A stretch of DNA of 64,000 nucleotides from a virus (taxonomy: Duplodnaviria > Caudoviricetes). Under the pieces are notes generated by a model. That model was not told the origin of the DNA. It did no database searches and saw only the letters and a program-made list of their open reading frames with translations. Position numbers and translations under genes: made by a program. Shown here piece after piece: positions 1-9,224 of the stretch. The stretch is from positions 160,001 to 224,000 of the IMG/VR virus record IMGVR_UViG_3300035498_000877; one strand, given 5' to 3'. Each line of letters opens with the position of its first letter. The stretch's first letter is position 1.

Positions 1-1
1 C

Positions 2-529
2 ATTAATGCTTATAAATATCATTATGGAAGTTATAGAGTTGAAAGATTATCTAGGATCAATAAATATGAATATGTTTATAGATGGGATATCAATAAATTT
101 GGAACATTTACTGGAAATAAAGATATTCCATATTGGAATGATGAGAATAATCTAGTAGTAATCACAAATGATTTAATAAAGTACCAGATATATTCAACAC
201 CATATGTAGCTGGTGTATATGATGTTAATAAAACTACAGGTGAAATTACAGTTAATGATGATGCATTAAATGAATTAATTAATGGAACTCTAATTAATAA
301 AGATGGCAATCATGGATTATATGTAGTAAAGATATTCCAGAACGAAGAGAAATCTATAACATCAGATATGATATCAATTGATCTTCCATTTGGACTTGAT
401 ACAATTGGATCAACTGTTGATAAAGATGGAAACTTTATTATTATAATTCGTGAAACTGTATTTTTATTAGAATCAGAAAAGGAGGAACTAGAAGCAAATA
501 ATGGGCAAGATAAAGGAAGTACTGTATGA
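2..529 (+). CDS. hypothetical protein, 5' truncated by the window edge
   Basis: Frame 2 is open from base 2 to TGA at 527-529 (INAYKYHYGSYRVERL...GSTV*). It overlaps the start of the next gene, whose RBS (AAGGAGG ~479-485) lies inside it. Confidence 0.75.
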   Translation: MNAYKYHYGSYRVERLSRINKYEYVYRWDINKFGTFTGNKDIPYWNDENNLVVITNDLIKYQIYSTPYVAGVYDVNKTTGEITVNDDALNELINGTLINKDGNHGLYVVKIFQNEEKSITSDMISIDLPFGLDTIGSTVDKDGNFIIIIRETVFLLESEKEELEANNGQDKGSTV

Positions 530-770
530 AGAAATTGATGAATCTATATATTCAAATAAAGATGCATCAGAATTTCAATTTCTATATAATATGATGGATA
601 GTGGATATATGAATGAATATGAAGAATTTGAAAAACGTCAATTGGAAGTTAGAAATAAAATATTGAAAACATTATCTGAAGCATCAGGTAATATATCAAA
701 TTCTAATTCATCAGTTATTTTAGGCACATCAGATTATAATAAGAAAGTAGTTTTAATTTGTGACTTATAA
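501..770 (+). CDS. hypothetical protein (89 aa)
   Basis: ORF with an upstream AAGGAGG and a terminator hairpin downstream. Confidence 0.65.
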   Translation: MGKIKEVLYEEIDESIYSNKDASEFQFLYNMMDSGYMNEYEEFEKRQLEVRNKILKTLSEASGNISNSNSSVILGTSDYNKKVVLICDL

Positions 771-773
771 AAA

Positions 774-800
774 TAAGAGGAAGCATTTAGCTTCCTCTTA
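774..800. terminator. bidirectional intrinsic terminator
   Basis: TAAGAGGAAGC / GCTTCCTCTTA stem between convergent genes. Confidence 0.8.
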
Positions 801-808
801 TATTATTT

Positions 809-2131
809 TTATTCTAAGTGGTATAATTGTTTTATCAATTCATTTACATATTCATTTGATACTGTAATAATCAATCGATATGTTCTACGAATATTTGGAT
901 GTACCACAAATAAAGTTCTTCGTTGCCAATCAATATAGAATGCTTCATCATCTAATATTAATCCATTTTCTCTAAATTGGATCTTAATAAACCTTTCCAT
1001 TGGAATTCCATGTTGCAAATGATGATCAATTACTACTCTCAATGAATCATTCAATATTCCATCTATTGATACTGAATTCTCTCCATATTTTAATTTGAAT
1101 ATAGGCCATCCTAAAATAGACCATCCTATTGGTAAATCAAAATCATTCAGATTTATAGAATCTGAGAATATTGGAATAATTGATTTATCTGTATCTGTTT
1201 TAAGATTTATATGTTTCTTTATATTTGGAGAATCTAAAGTAAAGTATCCTATTGTATTAAACTCACATGATACTGTAAATGATATATCAAATGCTCTTTT
1301 AATTTGTCCATCTTTAATACCAGCACCAGCTTGTGGTTCTCCAATTACTACATCAAGGTCAGCAATATAATACATAAAGAATTCATTTGTATTAGATCCA
1401 CCTTTAAGCTTATATGTTATTGGATAATGCCATATCTTATTCATATATGTCAGAAATTTATATACTGAATTATTCTCTTCTATTGGATTACCAGTTACAT
1501 GCGAAATTAAACTACAGAATTCTTCTGGTATATATAACTCCAATGGAGCCTTAATAAATTGATTATGTCCCAATGGTACCATATTATTCAAATATGCCAT
1601 ATAGTTAATTTGTTCTGAATATGTATTAAAACTCAATACAATATCTATATCAACAGAGCACCTATTATAGTGACCATGGATATAGGTTTTATTTTTTTTA
1701 TCTTCAGCTAGTGGTATTAGCGATCCATCTCCCCAGAATGCATGTGTATTCGTAATTCGAGATGCCATTAATGTATTAGATAAAAATGCATTATTATCGC
1801 GACTAAAATTTATTCTAGGAATAAGTACCATAATTGGCATTTCTTTTTTATGCAATTGATGTGGTAGATGAGTTATCTGCCTACTTGCTAATGTAGTATT
1901 TGCTAATACAGTTTTAAATAAATCTTGTGGAAATACATTTTCAAGTAGATATTTCTCTATTATTGCAACTACATTTCCATATGTATGAGAAGCTGCTGTA
2001 TTACAGATAGCTCCAGTATTCATTATATGTTCTCCATATTCAGCTCCGGGATTTGTCTCATATTGGATTCCTATTGGTCTAACATATCTATTTGCTAAAG
2101 CAGGATTCGTTTGAGGATCTCTTGTATCCAT
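809..2131 (-). CDS. probable virion structural protein (possibly tail-completion type)
   Basis: Long ORF; likely start MDTRDP at 2131 after the AAAGGAG RBS. It is divergent from the tail fibre gene and has a late-type promoter motif upstream. The function is inferred from context. Confidence 0.45.
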   Translation of the reverse strand: MDTRDPQTNPALANRYVRPIGIQYETNPGAEYGEHIMNTGAICNTAASHTYGNVVAIIEKYLLENVFPQDLFKTVLANTTLASRQITHLPHQLHKKEMPIMVLIPRINFSRDNNAFLSNTLMASRITNTHAFWGDGSLIPLAEDKKNKTYIHGHYNRCSVDIDIVLSFNTYSEQINYMAYLNNMVPLGHNQFIKAPLELYIPEEFCSLISHVTGNPIEENNSVYKFLTYMNKIWHYPITYKLKGGSNTNEFFMYYIADLDVVIGEPQAGAGIKDGQIKRAFDISFTVSCEFNTIGYFTLDSPNIKKHINLKTDTDKSIIPIFSDSINLNDFDLPIGWSILGWPIFKLKYGENSVSIDGILNDSLRVVIDHHLQHGIPMERFIKIQFRENGLILDDEAFYIDWQRRTLFVVHPNIRRTYRLIITVSNEYVNELIKQLYHLE

Positions 2132-2250
2132 ATCTTTCTCTCCTTTCATGATAATAAAATTATTACTTAATAATTTTGTCGAACATATTAAAACCCAAAC
2201 CCAATATTAAATAGTATATCTATAATAAACTGAAAAGGAGTGAAAAATAT

Positions 2251-5200
2251 ATGGGACTTATTGGACGTAGTATAGAGCAAACCAGAATTTGGATAGATCC
2301 ACATCCAGATCCTGCTCCATCGTTAAATTATAAAGAAGTATTTCCGTATACTACATTAGATGCTGTATATGATGATATGAATAATGTTCCAGATGGTGTC
2401 AACCTTAGAACTATTTTGGAAGAAATAAAATCAGAATTATCTCAGAAGCAAACTAAAATCCCTGGAAAATCAGCCAATTACATAATGACATTTGCCGGAA
2501 CTCAAGGTGCTGTGGGTGCTATTCAAATGAGTAGGGAAATACCATGGGATCCAAATAAACAGAGTCATGATAAAATTCCTACCGAAAAAGCAGTTGGAGA
2601 ATTAATCAGAAAACTTGGACTGGTTGATGCTAATGGAAATGTTATTGAAGACAGTGCAGCAATACATTGGTCAGATATAATTGGAAGACCTTTATTATAT
2701 GAAGATACTGGAAATAATGATGATGGATTTATGACCCAGAAAGCTGTTTCAGAACATCTTGCTGATATTAGAACGGACTTAGCTGATCTATATAATGATA
2801 CATCTGGTAAACTGGAAACTGCAATAGAAGCAATTACTTCTCATTCTAATAATAAAAATAATCCTCATAATGTTACAGTTAGCCAGATTGGTGCTGTAAG
2901 TGAGGAGGAATTCAATAATCATCTTATTTCAGATACTGCACATATTCCATCACAAGTTGGACTTGGTAATGTGGATAATACATCAGATATGGATAAACCA
3001 ATATCTACTGCAGCTCAAAAAGAATTTGATCAGATTAATACTGTATTGAAAACTATACAAGATGATGATACATTTATTCATACTATTGATTATTCAATTG
3101 AAACAGGAGTAATGACTGTATCATATTTAAATGGTGTTACTAAAACCATGAATATTCCTATTAATGGAACATGTGTTGATATTGAATATGACAGAGATAC
3201 CAAGAATCTTGTATGGACAGAATTATCTGGAGAAGTTCATAATGTCAGTCTTCTTGATCTATTTACGGTATATGAAGGTGGGACTTCTGATAATATTACG
3301 GTATTAATTGAGCCTGATGAATTGAAAAATGCTGGATTTAACTATGGCAATACAAATTCCACTTCAGATGGATTCATTGAATTAGTTACTAAGGAAATTA
3401 ATAATCTTTGGAATAAAGGTGAAATGCCAGCAAATGCCGATGATGATGCAGATAGCCCAGGTATTGGTCAGATTTCTACACAACAAACTGATGACATGTG
3501 GGAATCAAGTATATTACCTGATGAAAGTGGTACTGAGCAAATTACAACTCGTATTTCATTGACAAATGACGAGATTGAAGATCTGTGGTATAATGCAACA
3601 TTACCAAATGAAGAAGCTGATGAATATGATGAAGTTGCAACATCTGATATTGGATATGCAGGATATCAAGTAATCACAGCATATATCAATGCTCACTCAA
3701 TTACTGAAAATGAAATTTCAGATGGTGCAATCAATACTAGAGTATTAGGTGATGAATCGGTAACAACTATCAAGATTGCTAATTCAGCAGTAACTACTAA
3801 TAAATTGGCAAATGCAGCTGTCACTAATGAAAAGATTGATAATTATGCTATATCAAATAAAAAGATTGCAAATAGAGTTGTTGATGGAAGAACTCTATTT
3901 ACTTCTAATAAGAGTAATAGAGTACTTGCAGTTGGAACAAACAATACTGATCCATCATGGGTACAGGTTAATACTGATATGATTGAAAATAATTCAATTA
4001 CTAATGAAAAATTAGTAACTGGATCAGTATCAACTGCTAAGTTGCAAGATAAATCAGTTACAACTAGTAAACTTGATGATAGTTCAATTACTAATGAAAA
4101 GATATCAGCTAGCTCAATTACAACTGATAAGATTCAGAATGGAACTATATTAGGTGAAGATTTTGCAAAGAATATTGTTATTCCTGGAACTCCATCTATT
4201 ACAGTTAGACCTGATACAGGAGATAACTCAACTAAGATTCCTGATACACATTGGGTTACACAGACAATAGATAATTTTGTATTTGATACAGATAACTATG
4301 GAGACAGAACTGTTACAGGTGCTAAACTATTTACATCAACAACAAGACATAGAGTACTTGGTGTATTGAGGGCAAATACAGATCCAGAGTGGGTTCAAGT
4401 TGATAATGATATGGTTGCTAATGATGCTATCAGTACAGTTAATCTTATTGACAAAGCTGTTACTGGTAGTAAGATTGCCAATGAAACAATTACTGATACT
4501 AATTTAGCAAGTAACTCAGTAACTACAGCGAAGATTGCTGATAGTAATGTAACACTTGATAAGATTGAACCTCATCATACTGCTAATAGAGTTATTGCTA
4601 CAATTGCCGATAATGCTAATCCAATATATACTCAAGTCAATAATGATATGATTGCAAATAATGCAATTAATGCAGCTAAGGTTCAAGATCAATCATTATA
4701 TCCATCTAAGGTACAACCATCTTCAACAGCTAATAGAGTTCTCACAACTACATTAGCTAATGCTAATCCATCATGGACTCAAGTAAATAATGGTATGATC
4801 GCTGATAGAGCTGTAAATGGTTCCAAATTATTCACAACATCAACTCCTTATTCTATACTTGGAATTACAACCCAAGGAACCGATGCAGTATGGACTAAAT
4901 TACTTGCTGATATGTTGGGTGATAAAGCTGTTACAAATAGAGCTATTGATGATAATGCTATATCGAATAATAATATGCAGACTGATTCTGTATCAGAGGA
5001 TAATATTATTGATGGATCTGTTACTGCTAATAAGATAGGTGAAAGAGCTGTAGAAGGACGTCACCTATTTACTTCGGAAAATCCTAATATGATATTAGCT
5101 GTTACTAGTGTTCCATATACAAATGCAGTATGGTCTAAAGTAACATCAGAGATGATTGATGATAGAGCAGTTACAAGAGAGAAATTATTTAGTGATCCAA

Positions 5201-6414
5201 CTCCTTATACAGTAATTGGTATTACTGAAGAAGATGGTGTTCCTGAATACTTAAAGATTAGAAATGAATTTATTGAAGATGATACAATTCTTCCCAATAA
5301 ATTAACTCGAGACTTTGTATTATATGGAACTCCACAGTTAACAATATCACCAGCTGACGATGCTGATAATCATCAATTAGCAGATACACAATGGGTACGT
5401 CAAACCATTGATTCATTATTAAAAGACTTTGATTATATCTATGGAACTGTAGATGAAAAGATGATCAAAGATTATAATGTAACTGGAAAGAAATTATACT
5501 TGAATGAGTATAAGGGACCTAGAGTATTAGGATCTACAAACTATCATGAAGAAGCTGAGTACTTATTAGTCGAAGGCGAAATGATAGCTGATGGTGGAGT
5601 TACTGAGAATAAGATTCAGAGAGATGTTCACTTATTAGGATCTCCTGGAATCGAATTGAGACCTAATACTGATGCTTCAGATTCAACTGGTGAAGGTCAT
5701 CTTATTCCTGACTGCCAATGGGTTATTGATCGTATTAATGATGCTGGTGGCAACTTGGGTACAAGTAGTTCATCTTCTGCTACAGTTGGAACAGTAGCTG
5801 ATGAAGGAATTACAACAAAGAAGTTACAGAATAGAGCTGTTACTGGTGCTAAGTTATTTACAACTCCAACAGCTGATCGTGTATTAGCAGTACTATCTTC
5901 AAATGCTGATCCTGAATATACTCAAATTAATCATAATATGCTTGAAGATAGAATTATTGAAGGAAATAATCTATTTACTACTGATACAGTAAATTCTATT
6001 CTTGCAGTTACTAAAGCAAATGGAGATTCAGTATGGACAAAGATTGTTACTGATATGATTACTGATAAAGCTATTACAACTGAAAAGATCAATGATAACT
6101 CAGTAACAAATGCTAAGATTGTAAATAAATCTATTACTAGAGAAAAACTTGCAAATGAGGCAATGATTGGAAATGATCTATTGCAGGATAATTCTGTATC
6201 TACAACAAAGATTCAGGATAGTGCAGTAACTACAGCAAAGATTGCTGATGGTAATGTAACAAGTGAGAAGTTAGCTTCTGATCTTGTATTACCAGGCCAT
6301 CCAACAGTTAGCTCAGATGCAGGAATTGGTACCAGATCTCTCAGATGTGTTGTTATATCTCCTAATGAACCATCAGGTGGAGAGAGTGGTGATATCTGGT
6401 TTAGATATGTATAA
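2251..6414 (+). CDS. long tail fibre protein (1387 aa)
   Basis: NPHNVT..QVGLGNVDNTSDMDKPIS tail-fibre motif, many 10-aa VTTAKIAD-type repeats, longer GAKLFT..RVL..PxWxQV repeats, and a C-terminal EPSGGESGDIWFRY. Confidence 0.85.
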   Translation: MGLIGRSIEQTRIWIDPHPDPAPSLNYKEVFPYTTLDAVYDDMNNVPDGVNLRTILEEIKSELSQKQTKIPGKSANYIMTFAGTQGAVGAIQMSREIPWDPNKQSHDKIPTEKAVGELIRKLGLVDANGNVIEDSAAIHWSDIIGRPLLYEDTGNNDDGFMTQKAVSEHLADIRTDLADLYNDTSGKLETAIEAITSHSNNKNNPHNVTVSQIGAVSEEEFNNHLISDTAHIPSQVGLGNVDNTSDMDKPISTAAQKEFDQINTVLKTIQDDDTFIHTIDYSIETGVMTVSYLNGVTKTMNIPINGTCVDIEYDRDTKNLVWTELSGEVHNVSLLDLFTVYEGGTSDNITVLIEPDELKNAGFNYGNTNSTSDGFIELVTKEINNLWNKGEMPANADDDADSPGIGQISTQQTDDMWESSILPDESGTEQITTRISLTNDEIEDLWYNATLPNEEADEYDEVATSDIGYAGYQVITAYINAHSITENEISDGAINTRVLGDESVTTIKIANSAVTTNKLANAAVTNEKIDNYAISNKKIANRVVDGRTLFTSNKSNRVLAVGTNNTDPSWVQVNTDMIENNSITNEKLVTGSVSTAKLQDKSVTTSKLDDSSITNEKISASSITTDKIQNGTILGEDFAKNIVIPGTPSITVRPDTGDNSTKIPDTHWVTQTIDNFVFDTDNYGDRTVTGAKLFTSTTRHRVLGVLRANTDPEWVQVDNDMVANDAISTVNLIDKAVTGSKIANETITDTNLASNSVTTAKIADSNVTLDKIEPHHTANRVIATIADNANPIYTQVNNDMIANNAINAAKVQDQSLYPSKVQPSSTANRVLTTTLANANPSWTQVNNGMIADRAVNGSKLFTTSTPYSILGITTQGTDAVWTKLLADMLGDKAVTNRAIDDNAISNNNMQTDSVSEDNIIDGSVTANKIGERAVEGRHLFTSENPNMILAVTSVPYTNAVWSKVTSEMIDDRAVTREKLFSDPTPYTVIGITEEDGVPEYLKIRNEFIEDDTILPNKLTRDFVLYGTPQLTISPADDADNHQLADTQWVRQTIDSLLKDFDYIYGTVDEKMIKDYNVTGKKLYLNEYKGPRVLGSTNYHEEAEYLLVEGEMIADGGVTENKIQRDVHLLGSPGIELRPNTDASDSTGEGHLIPDCQWVIDRINDAGGNLGTSSSSSATVGTVADEGITTKKLQNRAVTGAKLFTTPTADRVLAVLSSNADPEYTQINHNMLEDRIIEGNNLFTTDTVNSILAVTKANGDSVWTKIVTDMITDKAITTEKINDNSVTNAKIVNKSITREKLANEAMIGNDLLQDNSVSTTKIQDSAVTTAKIADGNVTSEKLASDLVLPGHPTVSSDAGIGTRSLRCVVISPNEPSGGESGDIWFRYV

Positions 6415-6426
6415 GGGGGATGAAGT

Positions 6427-6771
6427 ATGATACTTGAATTGAAAGATGGAACTCAAGTGATTGTTAATTGTATATTCGGAGGACCTAAGAAGATTGATGG
6501 AAAAGAAAGGGATGTTCTCAGAATTGAAATAGATCCAAAGCAATATACAAAGAGTTCTTTAGAGACATTATTTAAAGACAATCCAAATACAGATATGCTT
6601 TATACATATTCAACTAATGATGCCAAAGAATCAGATAGAAAAGAAATTGGATCGGGATACAATTTATTTGTATCCCTCCAATTAGAATCAAAACACAGAT
6701 TGCAAGTACCAGGATCTACTGTAACTGAAAGTACTGACTCAGTATATATGGTTACACTAGCACATGAATAG
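6427..6771 (+). CDS. hypothetical protein, tail-fibre associated
   Basis: RBS AAGGGGGA; lies in the same operon as the tail fibre. Confidence 0.6.
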   Translation: MILELKDGTQVIVNCIFGGPKKIDGKERDVLRIEIDPKQYTKSSLETLFKDNPNTDMLYTYSTNDAKESDRKEIGSGYNLFVSLQLESKHRLQVPGSTVTESTDSVYMVTLAHE

Positions 6772-6782
6772 GAGGTGATAAT

Positions 6783-7607
6783 ATGCCTATATCAAATAAT
6801 ATTCATGGAGAATGGCATGATAACTGGAATAATATGGTAAATGTAAATGGTGTTTGGAGAGATGCAATTTCATATGTAAATGTAAATGGGAAATGGAATC
6901 AGATGAATAAACTGGAGATTGAAGAAAGTGATATCGTAGGATTTCATATTATATATAAATTAAATAAAGAAAAGAAATCTACACAATTTCCATATCTCTC
7001 ATATAATGAGCATATCCCTTATAATATAAATCTAACTGGTGATACAGCTGGTAAAATGGACTTAGGTGATAAAGGAGTTATATTTACATATAATCATACT
7101 GCTGACAATGAAGCAGGTATTGTTGAATATGATGGATACATGTATGCTGAATTAACTGATGGAAATTATATTGACATTGGTTATTCTAAAGAATATTTTG
7201 GAAGTGAAGATAGAGTTACTTCTGTATCACCAAATATTTCAGAAGTATGGCATACTTATAAAGCACATAATTTGGATATTAAATTCCAAGGATATGAAAT
7301 GTTTCAGTGCGATGGATATTATATATCTGGATGGAATAATATGTTTAATACAATGCCTTATGTCAGCAGAGAAGATGAGAAAGAATCCAATGATTCTTCA
7401 TATCGACATTTGAATGATTATATTATGCTACCATATGAAAGTAGGGATCAAGATGCTTTTAGTCCAATTGCTGAAATTGGAATAGCTAGAGATATCCATA
7501 CTGACTATACGAATATGGTAGGAAGTTATGGTTCATTAGATCACACAATATATTGGATAACAGTCAACGGTGTAAAGAAACCATTTGTATTTGAAATATA
7601 TGAATAA
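6783..7607 (+). CDS. tail-fibre-associated/receptor-binding-like protein
   Basis: RBS AGGAGGTG; N-terminal repeated VNVNGxW motifs typical of fibre-tip proteins. Confidence 0.55.
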   Translation: MPISNNIHGEWHDNWNNMVNVNGVWRDAISYVNVNGKWNQMNKLEIEESDIVGFHIIYKLNKEKKSTQFPYLSYNEHIPYNINLTGDTAGKMDLGDKGVIFTYNHTADNEAGIVEYDGYMYAELTDGNYIDIGYSKEYFGSEDRVTSVSPNISEVWHTYKAHNLDIKFQGYEMFQCDGYYISGWNNMFNTMPYVSREDEKESNDSSYRHLNDYIMLPYESRDQDAFSPIAEIGIARDIHTDYTNMVGSYGSLDHTIYWITVNGVKKPFVFEIYE

Positions 7608-7684
7608 TATAAGAGGGGATATTATATCCCCTCTTATATTCACTTTTTTATAAATATTAACATTATGAAAGGAATGGTATTAAT

Positions 7685-7960
7685 ATGAGTAATAAATTTA
7701 TTGGTACCAATTCAATTCGTGATTTAGTTAAATTAAGTAAAAAGGATAGTAAAGACAGAATAGAAAAACATTTAAGTGATACAAATCCACATAATATTAC
7801 TAAATCTACAATTGGATTGGATAATGTGGAGAATTATAAAGCACTGAGTACTGAGGTACAAGAACTTACTGATAATGAAAAAGATATAGTTAAAAGTAAT
7901 TTGGGCATAGATGATTACATTTCTGCAATAATTAATGATGTAATTAATGAAATGATGTAG
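7685..7960 (+). CDS. tail fibre N-terminal fragment (probably frameshifted from the 8014-9189 ORF)
   Basis: HLSDTNPHNITKSTIGLDNVEN tail-fibre motif; RBS AAAGGA. Confidence 0.65.
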   Translation: MSNKFIGTNSIRDLVKLSKKDSKDRIEKHLSDTNPHNITKSTIGLDNVENYKALSTEVQELTDNEKDIVKSNLGIDDYISAIINDVINEMM

Positions 7961-9189
7961 TAACAGGTGTATTTGGTTTTAGTATTGATCAAACACAATC
8001 AGATCCATCATCAATGATATCATATATAGAAGGTACAGCTAATGAAAACTATACAGCAGTACATATGGATTATGATAATGATGTATTTGATTATGGAGAT
8101 TGGGGTAATGTTTGGTTTATTAAAAATCTAAGACCATGTATGCTTAATTATGATGGTACTGAAGCATATCTATTAGATCCTAATGATTATACAAAGAAAG
8201 CAGATGGTACTGATTCAGATATATCAGATAGTACATTTGATGGAAATGTAATGGTAGGAATACCTAAAGTGTATTTTAAAATAGTACCTATTGATGATGA
8301 TCATTGTAATTTTTATTTCTCAGATAAAAAAGTAGATGATAATTATCATTGCTGGGCTCACATAAATAATTATGGTGATGAAATACCATATTGTTACTTA
8401 TCTGCATACGATGGATCATTGGTGGATAGTAAACTACGCAGTATTAGTGGATTAATGCCTGAATTAAGAGGTATTAACACACTTCAAGAATTTATAGCTC
8501 CAAATAATCAAAATGATGATAATATTTGGTCTATGAATACATATAGTGATTGGTTATTAATAGTACTATTAGGTTTATTAATATCTAAAACAACAAATTC
8601 ACAAACATCATTTGGATTGGGACATTCAAATGGATCTAGTACTAGTAACACGTATAAAGGATGTATTAATTGTGGATTAGCTAATGATAAAGGATTATTT
8701 TGGGGTACAAATGTAACTGGAAGTCCAGTTAAAATATTTGGTATTGAAAATTTCTGGGGTCAATACTATAGGTTTATGCTAGGAGCAATTTATAGTAATG
8801 GTATCCAGAAAATAAAACTTACATATGGCACTCAAGATGGTTCTACTGTAGAAGGATATAACCTAACAGGTAATGGATATATCACAATAGATGATTCTAC
8901 TGTATCAGGCACAGTCTCATCATATAATTCTAAATATAATTCAGGATATTTATTACAATTAGCATTTACTGAAGAAGGTATTTTTATTAAAAAAATGGAT
9001 GAATCATCTGATTATAAATCATTATATTATGATACATCTTCAATATATTTGAATGGCGGTACATATATTATGACTTCTAGTAATTATTATTACAATAAAA
9101 ATGATATAAGTATAGTGACTTTATCTGGATTTATAAGTTATGATTCTCAGAATATTTCATATATTAAATGTTTACCAAAAGTTAATTAA
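7951..9189 (+). CDS. tail/receptor-binding protein with a C-type-lectin/FGE-like domain; the frame is open from 7951, upstream of ATG 8014
   Basis: Motifs GNVMVGIPK, YLSAYDGS, LRSISG and FGIENFWG. The in-frame upstream sequence VTGVFGFSIDQTQSDPSS looks like the true domain start, and there is no RBS before ATG 8014. Confidence 0.6.
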   Translation, partial: NDVVTGVFGFSIDQTQSDPSSMISYIEGTANENYTAVHMDYDNDVFDYGDWGNVWFIKNLRPCMLNYDGTEAYLLDPNDYTKKADGTDSDISDSTFDGNVMVGIPKVYFKIVPIDDDHCNFYFSDKKVDDNYHCWAHINNYGDEIPYCYLSAYDGSLVDSKLRSISGLMPELRGINTLQEFIAPNNQNDDNIWSMNTYSDWLLIVLLGLLISKTTNSQTSFGLGHSNGSSTSNTYKGCINCGLANDKGLFWGTNVTGSPVKIFGIENFWGQYYRFMLGAIYSNGIQKIKLTYGTQDGSTVEGYNLTGNGYITIDDSTVSGTVSSYNSKYNSGYLLQLAFTEEGIFIKKMDESSDYKSLYYDTSSIYLNGGTYIMTSSNYYYNKNDISIVTLSGFISYDSQNISYIKCLPKVN

Positions 9190-9224
9190 TAGAAGAGGGA
9201 TTTAATCCCTCTTCTATTATCTGT

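Noticed and set aside
8014-9189. Diversity-generating retroelement target (CLec-like tail protein)
   Set aside because: No reverse transcriptase and no template repeat differing at adenines is visible in the window; it cannot be excluded elsewhere in the genome.
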